DNA of 64,000 nucleotides from Podospora anserina (lineage: Eukaryota). This document shows, piece after piece, positions 11,577 through 24,912 of the stretch. The number at the start of each line of letters is the position of its first letter. Position 1 is the first letter of the stretch. Location: positions 2,542,001 to 2,606,000 of the forward strand of contig CM030335.1 in the NCBI GenBank assembly GCA_017654855.1, read 5' to 3'. The translations under genes were made by a program, and so were the position numbers. The notes below the pieces were generated by a model that searched no databases, was not told the origin of the DNA, and saw only the letters and a list, made by a program, of their open reading frames with translations.

Positions 11577-14500
11577 TTACTCCTCCATCTGGTCCACCAC
11601 CCCATTCGTCTCTTCCCCATCCTCCTCATCCTCCTCATTCCCAGCCGTCAACCCCAGTATCCTAGCGTATTGCACCGTCGTCCTCTGCAAATCCCTGAAT
11701 TTGCCTATTTTGTCATATCAGTCCCTGTTCTCATAAAAAAGAGCAAGGCGATGAAAAACTTACCAAGAATCAACACCACCCCCTTCAGCAACTCCTTCCT
11801 CTCCCAACCACAAATCACCTCCCCCTTATCAAACCAGCCCCTTCCCTTTTCCCCCCCATCCTTATTGTCTTGCAACACGCCCCCTACCAACGTGTTGAGT
11901 AATTCCTCCACCTTTGACCGCAATCCTTCGGCACCGATCCGTTTGGCGTACATGAATAGATACAACCTAAACTCCTCCTTTGCCCCCAAGGCCAGAGCAC
12001 CCGCCATGCGGTTCTCCAAGTGGGCGACAGAAACAACCGATTCGAACCCTTCAAACCCGTCCTTGGCTACGAGTTGCTTGATCAGTCGCTGCAAGGTGTA
12101 CGCCCGTCCCTTGACGAGGAATTCTGTCGTCGTGTGCCGCTCCAAGTGGGGGATTATACCCGCCGAAATGTCGGGTTTATCATCACCACCTGACTTTGGT
12201 TTCTTCGCCGGCGCCGAGGGGCCGACTGCTGTTGAGGAGAGGGCGGTAAGCGACGAGTCGTTGCTGTTCCAGTATTGGGATCCTAGCGCCCACCAGGACT
12301 CGGAGAGGCGTTGCCAGGTGTATAATGTGGGCAAGTAGTAGAATCCGTCGCCGTTGGAGAGGGTTACCACGATTGTGCCGAGACTGTTGAGGTGGGCGGA
12401 GGTTACTCCCGGGGCAGCTGTTGGTCCGTCTGGAGATAAAGAAGTGATGGCAATGTCGAGGATGGGGGCGAGGGATACGGGTGGGTGGGCAGCGGACATG
12501 GTTTTTATGTTGAAGACGTGGCACATGCCTACTGATGTTACGCATAGGAGCCAGTGGTCTCTTGACTCGAGGATTATGGGTTGGGACTCGAGTATAATGC
12601 CGTTCAAGAGGCGGCGGCCGGCGGGCGTCCAGGTGTGGAGGGTGCCGTCTTCGCAGGCGGCTGCCCAGAAGTGCTTGTTGCCTGTTAGGAGGATGATGGC
12701 GCGGGGGAGGTAGTCTTGCCAGAGGAGGGCACCGCGCTTGGTGGCGGTAATATGGGAGGGTTCGCGGGGGCGGGCGGGGTTTTTGGCCTCGAGGATGGTG
12801 TTTTCTGGGATTTTGGAGGCTTCTTCGAGGGTGGATTCCCCTTGAAGGACTCCCTTTTCGAGGGCACGGACAATGTGAGAGCGGATTTTGGGAACTGCTA
12901 GTCGTACTTGGGAGAAAGATACCGAGGGGCTCACGACGGCTGAGCGGAGGAACTCTGGCGTTGGGACGAGGCCTTGAGCGGGTGATGTGAGGGTTGCTGG
13001 CTCAAGGCCGTCGACTGTGTCAGCCATGATTGGTACAGGACCTGTTGCCAGCCGCTTGTTGGGTTCATCCTCTTCCTCCCCGTCAAGCACAACAGCTTTT
13101 CTCTTGGTGCCTAGCAACAAGGCGGCGATACCGCCTTTTGGTAGCCCATGGGAGGGTTTTGAAAGATCAATCACCGTCTGAGACGTCTCGCTTTGTATCG
13201 CAGTCTTGGACTTCGCGCCCACTAGCTGCGATTGTGGTAATGACAGTAAGCCAGTGCCGGATGACGAGACTAGCAGAGGTGCAACCCTCTTCCTTCCATC
13301 CTTCGTTACCTGCACCCGGGACTTCAGTTCGTTGATGCGCTCTGCAGCCTTGTCGGCACTCTCTGCGGCCGGCGTCTCCTTGCCTGACTTGGGCTCAGAA
13401 GTGCCATTTGTCTCTCCATTCTTGACCGCGTCACCGTTCTTTGCCTCGCCGTTCTTTGTTGACTTGGTGCCATTTGTTGTGGCAGCCGTGTCACTCTTCG
13501 AAGCAGCAGCAGCAGCAGCAGGCAGATCTCCCATCAGAGCCCCCATCCGGGACTCGGCCCCTCGCAACTCGCCAGCCTTGCTGTGATTCTCGAGGTGTAG
13601 CCCATCAACATCTTCTGCAGTTCCCATTCCCTTTCTGGCAACCCCGTACTTCTCGAGAGCCTTGTCGTTCTCCTCTGCCGTTGCTACCCACCCCAGCTCG
13701 CCAACTTCAAACTGAACCACAACGATGTTTCCATCTAAGCTGCAGGCAAACAAGGTCTGGCCATCTGGGGCCCATGCCAAGTCTGAAATGGACTTGGATG
13801 CTACATCCTGCACAATCACAACTGGCCGAGAGGTGTTTGTGTTCCATATACTCAACGTCTTGTCCTGACCAGCAGAGGCAATGACTGTCACCAGTGATCC
13901 GGATGCGCCCTTCTCGGCCGGGTTTTGGGTATGGAACAAACGAGGCGAGAACATACACGCCTCAGTTGGGCCTTCGTGACCAATCAGGTTGATCTGGCTG
14001 TCCCATCTTGAACGCTCAATGATGGCCACACTGCTGACCGGGCCGTTTACTGCATTCGCCGCCGCGATGTGATTGCCATCTGGCGACCAACTACACCTCC
14101 GAAAGTACGTGGTGAGCGGGGAGCTCTTGAACGGCGCACTGATGGTAGTCTCGAGAACAAAGTTGTTGACCATATCGTGGGCGGTGGCATTCGGAGCCGG
14201 AGGGGTAAACCGGAAAATCTTGATAGTCCGGTCATCACCGGCGGTAGCGAAGAACTTATTGGCCGGGTCAAAGGTGATCCCCTTGACATGGCTTTGGTGA
14301 ACAGCAAGTGTCTTTAGCTTTTCGAATGTGTGTCCTGACCATACCACCACTTTCGAATCTAGACCAACTGAGACGAGAATCGAGTTGTCGTAAGACCAGG
14401 CGAGGTCCTGGACGTCGCTGTCGTGGCCTACGAGGCGTTTGTGGGTTTTCCAATTCTCGATGGGCGGTGGCTCGTTGGTGCCGAATGTGGTGGCGTGTGA

Positions 14501-14893
14501 TGGAGGGTTGCTGTCGAGCTGGTAGATGCAGATGACACGGTCGTCGGCGCCGGAAGCGAGGTAGCGATTATTTGGGGAGAATCGGACGGAATGGATGGTG
14601 CCCAGGTGGTGGCTCATGTGGCAGAGCTGTCGCGGGGCCGAGTAGCCTTCGACATGGCCATTGTAGATTGAATCGGTCGACCAGATGCGAACATGGCCAT
14701 CTCCGCCAGCGGTGGCCAGTCTCTTTCCATCCTGGGAGACGTGGCAGCTGTAAACCTCAAAGTCCTTCTGTTCGCCTGTAGGCAGCCGCGCGCAGCGATG
14801 GTCAGCAATTCCGAGGTGTTCTCAAGTGCAGAGGGAATTCAAGAGAGAAAACTCACCAGTATGGCGAAGCCACGAAGGCTTGATGATGTACAT
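11577..14893 (-). CDS. HIR1: Histone chaperone HIRA/Hir1
   Basis: Exons 14893-14857, 14775-11764, 11704-11577; N-terminus MYIIKPSWLRH; WD40 repeats (GHDSDVQDLAWS, HVKGITFDP, TYFRRCSWSPDG); B-domain VTKDGRKRVAP; C-terminal Hira domain (VSVAHLENR). Confidence 0.95.
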
Positions 14894-14981
14894 GTTGTGT
14901 TGGGTGTGCCAGTAACTAAGGATGGACGTATGTACTTATGACGAAGTTTTGGCGATATGGATAGTGATGGTTGAAAGAAGC

Positions 14982-15006
14982 ACGCGTGCGCGCGCCGGAC
15001 CGCGTC
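14982..15006. promoter_or_regulatory. CGCG-rich, MCB-like (ACGCGT) cluster in the divergent HIR1/ETP1 promoter
   Basis: ACGCGTGCGCGCGCCGGACCGCGT about 90 nt upstream of the HIR1 ATG; function inferred only. Confidence 0.3.
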
Positions 15007-15620
15007 CGCTAGCCGGGTCTAATTAGAAGGCCGTAAGGCGCGCGCCCAGCGGAGGGGAGTGCTGGGCCAGTTTTTTCTTATCGAGATCTCGGCTAATCGG
15101 ACATTTGCATCACCGTCAAGATGGGTACACTATTTGGAGCTGCAAGACCCGTCTCGTGTAGGCCACAAGCTTCTCGGATTTCCGCATCCGTAGGACTTTG
15201 ATCAGGTTAACTCCTGATGGGGTTCGACAAAGTATACATTCCCAGTCTGACGGTGTATTCATTAACCGTTGTTCAATTCACATAAATCCCTGATGTTGAT
15301 TTCGTTCCAAGTTCCAACAGCTTGGAATTCCAAAACCTTGGTCCAAAACGGGCTAGCGCCTTTGAGCTGCTGCCAAATTTATTTTTAACGTGGGGTGCAG
15401 CGGCCATCACCCCTCACCCTTCCTTGTCACAGCACCTTGATGGCCCACCATCCTACATCGTCATTCTTTCACCTGCCATCCGGACAAAAGACCGCTTGCG
15501 ACATTCTCTCTCATTCCCAAGTCCTTACCCCTTGGGTTCCTGGACCTGGCTGGCACATCATACCATCCACTCCAGGCTGGGCTCAAACGAAGCACAGCCA
15601 TCACCTAGCGAGTGGCTACT

Positions 15621-17831
15621 ATGCCGTCCTATTCCTATCATTTAATCTTCGAGCTCTATGCGACGCCCGATCCCACCACCTCTGCCGTCGCCGATACCAT
15701 CAACGACATCTGGGTCCCCACCCCAACCTGCCCGACAGTCTTTGACGATCTCCCCTCTCACACTCCACGCAGCGCTCGCCCGCCTTCTCCTCGACATCTT
15801 CCATTTCGACCGAATCATCAGAGTCACCATCTCTACGAAGCCGGACCAAGCTCCGTTCCCCCACCAGACTTTTCCTACGCGTCAGGCAAGGTAATCGACT
15901 GCGGCCGCCACCGAGGAACAACAAACGTAGAGCCCAACGAAGATATCACCCCGAACCCCGCCACCAAGCGACGCAACATTGTTCACGTAAGTGAGCGTCA
16001 GTGGCGCGAGAGAGAGACCTCAGACGACATCCCTCTCAAGCCCGAAATTCAAGGGATAGGGCCCAACAAGGCAACCAAAGACTGGCGATTCGGGCGCATC
16101 AACATTGAGAGCTTCGATCCCGCGTCTGTCCCATCAAACAACGGAAAGGCGAAAGAAGTCATCATGGAGGGACACGGCAGGCAGCCGGCGGCCAGCCTAG
16201 GTCCTAACCTAGGCGGCATGGGACAAAACACCAAAGGCCGTTACATCCCAGCAGTAAACACAAAGAACACGGAAGCTGGTTGGGGAATCGTACATCTATA
16301 CCGGGAAGCCGACGAGTTCTCGGCGCTGAACTCACCACCCCCAATACCACCCCCACCAGGACTACAAGACAGCGGGGTTGGCGAGGAGGGAACAGTTTTG
16401 TGTATCCCAGCGGTGCCATCCTACATGTCACCATCGGATTTCTTGGGGTTCATCGGTGAGCCCTGGAGGGGAAGCGTAAGCCATTACCGAATGGTCTCGA
16501 CAAGCAGGATGAACCGCTACATGGTCCTCATGAAGTTCAAAGACAAAAAGACGGCCACGGAATGGAGAAAAGAGTTTGACGGGCGGCCATTTGATACCTT
16601 GGCAGAGAGCGAGATATGTCATGTCACGTTTATCAAGAGCATCACTGTCGAGACACCAGGAAGAAAAGGGAGCGAAGGCGCCGGGGTGGGAAAGGGAGAG
16701 ACGGGCATGATCAATTCCCTTCGCCCTTTCCCACCACCAACACCAAGTCTAGTCGAGCTGCCTACCTGCGCGGTTTGTCTCGAGAGAATGGACGACACGG
16801 CCGGGTTGATGACGATTTTGTGCCAACACGTGTTTCACTGCACGTGTCTCCAGACATGGAAGACGAGGGGCTGCCCTATCTGCAGGGCGACGAACCCGCT
16901 CACGAAGCAGCAGCAGGAGCTTGATGATGAAGGGAACCCCTACGCGAAGCCGTTTGGGCACGGGGTTAGTAATTTGTGCAGTGTGTGCGACGCGCCCGAC
17001 AACCTCTGGATCTGCCTGATATGCGGCAATGTTGGGTGCGGGAGGTACCAGAGGGGGCATGCGAAGGAGCATTGGAAGGAGACGGCGCACAGTTTTAGTC
17101 TGGAGTTGGTGACGCAGCACGTGTGGGATTATGCGGGTGACATGTGGGTGCACAGGTTGATTAGGGATAAGGGGGATGGGAAGGTGGTTGAGCTGCCTAG
17201 TGGTAATACTAATACTGCTGGGAGTGGGAGGGGGGAGGATATGGATGTTGTGCCAAGGGCGAAGTTGGAGAATATCGGGTTGGAGTACACGCATTTGCTG
17301 ACTAGTCAGTTAGAGAGTCAGAGGGTGTATTTTGAGGAGATGGTGAATAAGGCTGCGGATAAGGCGACCAAGGCGGCGGCGGCGGCGGAGAAGGCTGCGG
17401 GACAGGCGAAGGAGGCGTTGAGGGAGTTGGGGGAGCTGAGGGAGGAGTGTAGGGTTTTGAGGGAGGAGACGGTGCCGGGTTTGGACAAGGATTTGGCGAG
17501 GGAGAAAGCTAGGGGGCAGAAGAGTGCGGAGTTGGCGAGGAGTTTGGGCAAGGCTTTGCAGGAGGAGAAGCAGGTCACCAAGGGGTTGATGGAGAGGATT
17601 GAACATTTGAAGAAAGAGGGGGAGAAGAATGCGGCGTTGGTGGAGGAGTTGAGACAGGAGAACGAGGGGCTGAAAGAGATGAATCACGATTTGACCATGT
17701 TTATCAGTGGGCAGGAAAAGCTAAAGGAAATGGAGAAGGAGGGGCAGCTACAGGAGGGCGAGTTGGAAGAGGGGACGGTGGGAGTTGCTGAGGGGAGTAA
17801 GAAGAAGAAGAGGGGGAAGAATAAGAAGTAG
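15621..17831 (+). CDS. ETP1: BRAP2/ETP1-type RING finger + zf-UBP ubiquitin ligase
   Basis: Single ORF; BRAP2 domain (LCIPAVPSYMSPSDFL..RYMVLMKF), RING ELPTCAVCLERMD..CQHVFHCTC..CPICR, zf-UBP LWICLICGNVGCGRY..HA..H, VWDYAGD.WVHRL, C-terminal coiled coil. Confidence 0.93.
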   Translation: MPSYSYHLIFELYATPDPTTSAVADTINDIWVPTPTCPTVFDDLPSHTPRSARPPSPRHLPFRPNHQSHHLYEAGPSSVPPPDFSYASGKVIDCGRHRGTTNVEPNEDITPNPATKRRNIVHVSERQWRERETSDDIPLKPEIQGIGPNKATKDWRFGRINIESFDPASVPSNNGKAKEVIMEGHGRQPAASLGPNLGGMGQNTKGRYIPAVNTKNTEAGWGIVHLYREADEFSALNSPPPIPPPPGLQDSGVGEEGTVLCIPAVPSYMSPSDFLGFIGEPWRGSVSHYRMVSTSRMNRYMVLMKFKDKKTATEWRKEFDGRPFDTLAESEICHVTFIKSITVETPGRKGSEGAGVGKGETGMINSLRPFPPPTPSLVELPTCAVCLERMDDTAGLMTILCQHVFHCTCLQTWKTRGCPICRATNPLTKQQQELDDEGNPYAKPFGHGVSNLCSVCDAPDNLWICLICGNVGCGRYQRGHAKEHWKETAHSFSLELVTQHVWDYAGDMWVHRLIRDKGDGKVVELPSGNTNTAGSGRGEDMDVVPRAKLENIGLEYTHLLTSQLESQRVYFEEMVNKAADKATKAAAAAEKAAGQAKEALRELGELREECRVLREETVPGLDKDLAREKARGQKSAELARSLGKALQEEKQVTKGLMERIEHLKKEGEKNAALVEELRQENEGLKEMNHDLTMFISGQEKLKEMEKEGQLQEGELEEGTVGVAEGSKKKKRGKNKK

Positions 17832-19703
17832 GGTCTCAGGGGCTTCTCAGCGATTGTAGACATAGTTGGACATTTGTCGTACTTTCAGCCCTGTGGCAGC
17901 AACGAGGCATGACCAGGTGTGAGACGGCGCCAGCATCTTGCATGATCAGAGAAAATATGAATACAGCGTTGACTCTACAATTAATTACCATATGACAGCC
18001 GTGTCTCGACCCCGGTCTGAGGTGATGCAGAGCATGATGCATGTCTTGGCTGTCAAGCAACAGGTAATGCAAGACATATTGCGTCTTCACATGCAACTCA
18101 TTCTGAAGATATTACCATCCGCAAGACTCTTCAAAGACTATCGTCTGCTTGGGATGTTGATTGGCCTCTGGACGGCTTACACGGTCAGCGCCTAGCTCCC
18201 AAACCGGGTCCAGATCCCGCCGGCTTGGTGCTTCTCAGCTTGGCAGTAACGCCGAGAGCCGAGGGGAGATGGCGAGGTTGCATGCCGATTCGGACATGTT
18301 GCTCGATCGTATGGCCGCTCGATCTCCGGTCGTCAAGGCTATTTTTGTTAAAACAAATGGTTTAGGGCAGTTGGATGGCTCGGTGGCTTGATGGGGCTTC
18401 CAGAGTGGGAAGGTTGGAATTAAAAGGAATGTTACGCACTGCGGTAGCAAACACAGATTTGGGGTAGGACAAGATCAGCAAGCACGTGTTTTTGGAGGTT
18501 TCACACCCCCGCAATCGTCATGGAGGGGTTTAAAGTAGATAAGAAAAGATCGGAAGCGAGGGCAGTGTTGATGCCCCTGGTCAATCTCATCTCATGTTTA
18601 CATATTTCTTGATTGCTACTGTATGAATCAGGTATCTGTTATCTTCTGCATGCCACTGCGACGACGGATATGTCACTGCAAAGATAAAAAAGCTGGCTTC
18701 TTGCTTTCCGTGGCTGCATGCGGGCGTGCTGCGCTGCAGGTTGGAAGTGTGGCCACGGATAGGTAGCTCTTATCAATCATGACAGCTTCTAGCTGCCGAT
18801 CAGCCAATAAGAGGGGTCTTTTTAGTGTTGAAATGTCACTGAAAAGCAGCAGCGAGCATCAACCTGACCCCTGTCGACGCTGTTCCAGAAAGAGGATGAC
18901 ATCGGCTTTTTGCCCCACCGTTTTGAAGGGGGGTCGCTGATTTTCTCTTTTTTTTCGCACATGCTTCCGGACTGGTGCTGTCACCCTGTCGTGTGCCCTG
19001 TGTGTACCTACGGGCACCTTCGAGAACCTCTCCCTCGCTCGAAGCTGTATCTTGCCATCCCTCGGTTCCCTTGTTTTTCTTCATTTCCTCTCTTCCTATG
19101 TAGCGTTGACTCTCTGAAATCTCACACAACTTATCTTGATCTTCTGATACCCTATACCCCAAGACACGACTACATCTCTTTCCTGTTGTTCCCCCTTCCC
19201 TACCCCGTACACCGAGAGGGACCCATCCGTCCGACCGGCCTAATCTGCGGGACCCCGAGTTGCGATCCCGAGCTTCATCGACATTTGCTCAACGGCACCC
19301 AACAATTCCCGTATAAATGCCTGTACCCCGCGCTGGCATTTAGATAAGAAAACAGAAGCGCGCACTTTATTTTCGAACAGGGCGAGCAACAAGCGATTGA
19401 TCTTGGGGTAACCTCCATTTTATCTTGTACCCCGCGGGCAGCTCTACCAGGCCCAACGGCTAAACGCCATTATTCACAAAGGCAGACGAGCAAAAGCCAC
19501 GAGGCGACTTCACAACCTACCTCGGGGGGGGAGGTGAAACGTTTCTTGTCCGAGTAACTTGCACCGACATCCCACCCACCGACCGGCGCGCAATCTCGAG
19601 TCCAATCCAACCCCACCTCCGTGCTCTTCCCCGGGCGACCCGAAATAAAAACTCGTTGTCCTGGCGCGGGGACAACAACAACAACAGGATTGCTTGAGTG
19701 AGC

Positions 19704-22145
19704 ATGTCCGAAACAACACAGCTGCAGACGCAGCAAGCGGCGGCACCCCAGAGTGCCGCCAACCCAAAGCCCGCGAAGGAGCTCTATCCGATGGTGGGCT
19801 GGAAGTATGATAGCTTCCTCTGGATAATGTCGCTGCTGGAGGACACGTTCTTTCGCGAGGTGCATCCGCGTAGTGCTTGGAGAGTGCCCAAACATGGCCC
19901 TGTTCTGTTCGTGGCTGCCCCGCATGCCAACCAGGTGAGCTTCTCCCTATTCTCTTGAAGTGGCTAATCGCAATAGCTGACAAGTTATGTGGTGCAGTTC
20001 GTCGATGCTCTCGTTTTGCTGAGAACACTACAGAAGGAAGCCAAAAGACGAGTTTCGCTGCTTATCGCGCAAAAGTCAGTGTCTGGCTTCATCGGATGGG
20101 CATCTCGCCAGGTGGGCTGCGTGCCAGTAGGACGACCGCAGGACTCGGCGAAGCCCGGTCGGGGCACTGTTTACCTTCCCAACCCAGTGGATGACCCTAC
20201 GCTTGTTCGTGGGATCGGCACCAATTTCACTGAATTTGGAGAGGTGGGCGGTATCATCTTCCTACCTTCGGCTAAGGGTCAGAGCGGAGAAAGTTTGGAT
20301 ATCAGCGAAGTTATTGGACCCGAGGAGGTTCGCATCAAGCGGCCGCCCAAGGGGAAGCTGGCCATGTCACAACTTACTGGCCGTGATGATGTGGATGCGA
20401 ATGGCAAGCTTCTCAACAAGGAGGACAAGAAGCCCAGGGAGGGGTATCAGGGCATCAAGTACAAGATCGCGCCGCATGTGGACCAGTCCAAAGTGTTCCA
20501 GGCCGTGTTTGATCGTTTGGCGTCTGGGGGTTGCGTTGGTATCTTCCCTGAGGGAGGCAGTCATGATCGGACTGAGCTGTTGCCTTTGAAGGCGGGTGTG
20601 GCGCTGATGGCGCTGGGAACACTGGCGGATCATCCTGATTGCGGCCTCAAGATTGTGCCTGTGGGCATGAATTACTTCCACGCTCACAAGTTCCGCTCGA
20701 GAGCCGTTGTGGAGTTTGGGGCTCCTTTGGATATTCCGCGGAACCTGGTTGACGCGTATTCGAACGGCGGGACGGAGGGGAGACGTGAGGCGGTGGGTCA
20801 GGTCTTGGACATGGTACACGAAGCCCTGAGCGCTGTCACCGTTTCGGTGCCCGACTATGACACCTTGATGGTTATTCAGGCTGCGAGACGGCTTTACAAC
20901 CCGACCGGCAAGCCACTGCCGCTTCCTGTGGTCGTCGAACTTAACAGGCGGCTTGCCTTGGGCTACGAGAAGTATAAGGAAGATCCGCGCGTCAAGGAGC
21001 TCAAGGAGGCGGTCACCGAGTACAATAAGCAGCTCCGGTACCTCGACATCCGGGACCACCAGGTTGAAAAGGCGAAGCTTTCGTGGTTTACCGTTGTCGC
21101 AACGTTCCTCCAGCGCGTTGTGATATTGTTTCTTTTGTCTGCGGGTGTGATTCCGGGTCTGCTGCTTTTTGCGCCCGTGTTCATCGCCTGCAAGGTCATC
21201 AGTCACAAAAAGGCCAAGGAAGCCCTCGCTGGCTCTGTGGTCAAAGTCCAGGGCAAGGACGTCATTGCTACTTGGAAACTGCTGGTCGCCTTGGCTTTGG
21301 CTCCTCTCTGCTACAACACCTATGCCATCATCACGCTTTACATGGTGCACAAGCACCGGTATTACGGCTGGGTCCCTGAATGGGTACCCTTCTGGGCTGT
21401 GTACATCGCCTGCTGCATCTTTTTCATCCTACTCACCTTTGCCGCATTGCGCTTTGGAGAAGTTGGGATGGATATTCTGAAGTCTCTGCGGCCACTTGCC
21501 CTTTGCATCAACCCTGCGTCCAGTTACAATGTGGCCAAGTTGCGGGAGAGACGCGCCGAGCTGAAGGCGCAGGTGACGGACATCATCAACACGATTGGCC
21601 CCGAGATGTTCCCCGACTTTGAGCACAGTCGCTTGTTGGCTCCAGCTGATTCCGCCGCCCGGGCAGCAGCTCGCAGGGAAGCCGGTGTCAACAGCCCGCC
21701 CATCTCACCCAACCGGCCTTCCTACGACCGCCGTTCCAGCTATGGCGTCTCAGTCAACGGAAGCGACAGCCCGCCATTCCAGGCACCCACAAGAAGGAAC
21801 ACCACCTCCTCCAGCCGCAACATCCCCTACAACGAATCATTCAGCAACATCGCGCAAGCGCAGATTTTTGCTACCAGGCCGACGACGCCTTCTAATCACA
21901 GTCGGGCGAGCAGTTCGGGGGGCAGGCCGGGATCGGCTGGTTTCCCGGTGGCTGGGTTCACGACGTTGGATAGCGCCGAGGGATTTGACGAGGCGAGCAA
22001 AAAGATTAGGGCTGCGATGAAGGAGAGGGGGGAGATGAGACGGCGAAAGAGCCAGGCGAGGCAGTTTATGATGGGGGATGAGGGGACTAGTGAGGAGGAT
22101 GGGAGTGATGGGGTTGAGTTTGGTGATCGGAGGAAGGGGCAGTGA
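19704..22145 (+). CDS. SCT1: Glycerol-3-phosphate / DHAP O-acyltransferase (Sct1/Gpt2 family)
   Basis: Exons 19704-19934 and 19998-22145; motifs APHANQFVD, IFPEGGSHDR, IVPVGMNYF; transmembrane segments and a Ser-rich tail. Confidence 0.92.
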
Positions 22146-22720
22146 GAAAGAGGGGGGCGGGGGGCGAGAGGTTGTGTTGGTTAAGTTTTCTTTTGTCTAT
22201 TTTTTTGTCTTTATTCGTTACTCAGGAGACTTTGTAACTGGGAGTAAGATACCCCCAGGAAGGCGGATGGCTGGCAAGCCGGTGGCCGCTCTTTGGTGGT
22301 GTTAAGGGGGAAGAGAAAGGAAAATATCTGGTATATGTTAGTCTTTTTTTTGTGGTTGCGGTTTGAATCTGAGATGGTTCTGGTTGTTTATATTGATGTG
22401 TATTTGTATTTACTTTTTTTTGTGGTTTTTCTATCTGGTGATGGTTGTGTGATGATTATGCTGAGTCATCCTTGTAATGAAGAATTGGGTGACATGCTTC
22501 AAGGCTGTTCTTCTAAGGTAGAAATGATGAATAATGACAATTAACTCAAAACTCCCAGCTGATGATACCCCAGAGTTTGTATTCCTGCCTATTGTTTCTT
22601 CCCTGTGTAGTCTCATCCATTCCCTGGCACGTCTGGCTCATGTCGGGCTAAGTCCACTATCCAAAGGTTTCAGCTCTCTCTGTTCACGACAGGTTCTTCC
22701 GTTCTATGCGATCATCCCGA

Positions 22721-23517
22721 TTAAGCCGAAACAGAGACAGCCCCAGCAGTCCTTCTATCATCAGCATCAACGGGAAGTCTAATCCTGCTGTACCTCCCCC
22801 CTCTTTCCTCATCAGCGTCCTTGATCAGAAGCCCCATCTCGAAAATGACTGGCTTCCTGGCCGTCAGGAGGGAGAAGAGACCAACAAAGATGCTCAGAGC
22901 TCTGTTTCCGACCATGTTAGCCAAAATTCATCACCAGTTGTTTGCGGGGACGGGGACATACCCAACAGTTTCACTCAGAACCAACACCTCTGCAGCCGAG
23001 TATCTATAATAATAAGACGGGTCGGCCAGATCAATGCTCGCAATGACGATGGGGGGGATGCCCAGGATGATATCCGTCACCCGGGCCACGCCGTATCTTG
23101 GCTTCTTTTCATTGTCAGAGCCGTTGAATACGCAACTGCAGTCTCCTATTTGGAGGAGGATTGTTGGTAAACAGGGGATTTTGTGATGATGGTTGTGTGG
23201 GGAATGGGAGGGGAAGAGAAGGTGGAGGAGGTTGGAGAGGAGGAGGAACCAGAGCCAGATGTGGTTGAAGACGAGGAGGCCGTCGGAGAAGTACCCGTCG
23301 GCGAGCCAGACGGCGATGGAGGCTATGGTGAGGATGATGAGGATTATTCTGAGGAGGGTGGTGAGGGGGGTGGAGAGTTTGTAATGTTTGGAGGTGGTGT
23401 CATCGGGGGAGGAACTGGTGAGGGAGGCGGCGTGGGAGGAGGAGGGGGGTGGGTAGACCTGGGGGGGTTAGCTTGGGACGCAGTGGTGAAGGGATAAAGG
23501 GGGGGAGGGCTTGCCAT
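22721..23517 (-). CDS. Uncharacterised ~226 aa multi-pass membrane protein
   Basis: Exons 23517-23515 (ATG only), 23458-22962, 22901-22721; introns GCAAGC..GCTAAC..CAG and GTATGT..GCTAAC..CAG; open frame with about four hydrophobic segments (LLRIILIILTIASIAVWL, IWLWFLLLSNLLHLLF, IILGIPPIVIASI, VGALSIFVGLFSLL). Confidence 0.7.
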
Positions 23518-24292
23518 TGCCGGTTTGAGACCTGCGGTGGTGATGGTGTGAGGGGAGGAGGTTATGAAGGGGGAGGTAGGTCGTGAGGGATCCGGGGGAG
23601 AGGGTGGGGGATGACATTAGAGGCTCGGTCCCAGGTTTGGTGGTCATGACGGACAGAGAAGATTGATGAATTGGAACGTGTTTACTCAAACTATTCTTCT
23701 ACCCGTGCAGCGAGGGGGATATCCTCTTTTTATCAACCCGGCACCCTCGGTCATGTTCGCTGAGAGAGCTCACAACCAACAACACAAGAACCCAGCCCCT
23801 GAGCCCCCACCGTTACACACAGCATTCAAATCCAGACCAAAGCATGAGGGGGTCGACCGTTTCCTATGGTCCTGACGACATGCCAATGCTGTTTATTCTG
23901 ATGCCTGGACTTGCAAAACACTCATTGATTGGACGAAAAGTGGGCGGTTGGCGAACATGAGGAAAGATATCGTCTCAAAAGGTGAGAAAGGGGGGGTGCG
24001 GACGCGTCACCTACAGGTTTGCGGCGGTAATGCTGGTCTTGCTTGGGCCAAGCCCATGCATGCAACATCTGCCAGGGATTTGTGGATGGTCTCTAGAGGA
24101 AACACAGAGCTTCAGCACTTGTTGGAAAACGAAGGCTTTGAGGAAGATGGAGGAAGACTACACGTATAATGGATATGGAGGATGTGTTGTGTAACTGGGC
24201 AACGTGTGTTAGGCAACAGAACGAGAAGTGAAGAGTGTGATGCTGGTGATGATTGCCCATGAGATGAGGGCAGGAGCAAAGGAAGAGCTTCA

Positions 24293-24594
24293 ATGATTGA
24301 AAGTGAGATACCTAAGATGATTGAATATAGAGAGATTGAATGTGCAATCTGTTTGGAAAGCAATTGTTCAATGACCATGGCATCATCTCTTGCATGAATC
24401 TTGGGGTACAGCCCTCTGGCAGCATGCACTTGCACAGCAAATCAGTGAGAAATTCTCTTCATCAAAGTAAGGGCTGGCCATGTTGTAGATATATCGAAGA
24501 ACATTGGAAAGTGATGGTTGAAACCGAAGCTCAATGGAAGGCGGTTCATCTTATCCAAGTGAATGGCGGGGATGTCCTGGTGCTATTCACTTGA
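24293..24594 (+). pseudogene. Possible degenerate RING-H2 gene relic
   Basis: IECAICLE in one frame, then after a frameshift QPSGSMHLHSKSVRNSL..GWPCCRY, spaced like PCGHxFHxxCIxxWL..CPxCR. Confidence 0.3.
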
Positions 24595-24912
24595 CAGGTG
24601 CTTGTGGAGGAGTGGTCAGTGCGGTAGCTGCTGCAGGGATTGAAAATTTTGTGGAGCAAGAGCGGCAGAAAAAGGGCGGTGAAGTGAATCGCGCCTGGAA
24701 CGTAGCCATATTTTTTTCTTGCGACAGCCACTCTGACCCCGCGACGCCTTCTTTCAGATTGTTCAAGGTTTTGACACCCAATTCACCAATCCTCACCAAT
24801 TGGGCCATCTTTTCACCAAATACTGCCCATGTCAGCTCCATTCTGGCTCTTCTCTAACAACTCCGCGGCAACCACAACAACTCAGTCTCCCAAGTCGAAC
24901 GACAAGACCACA

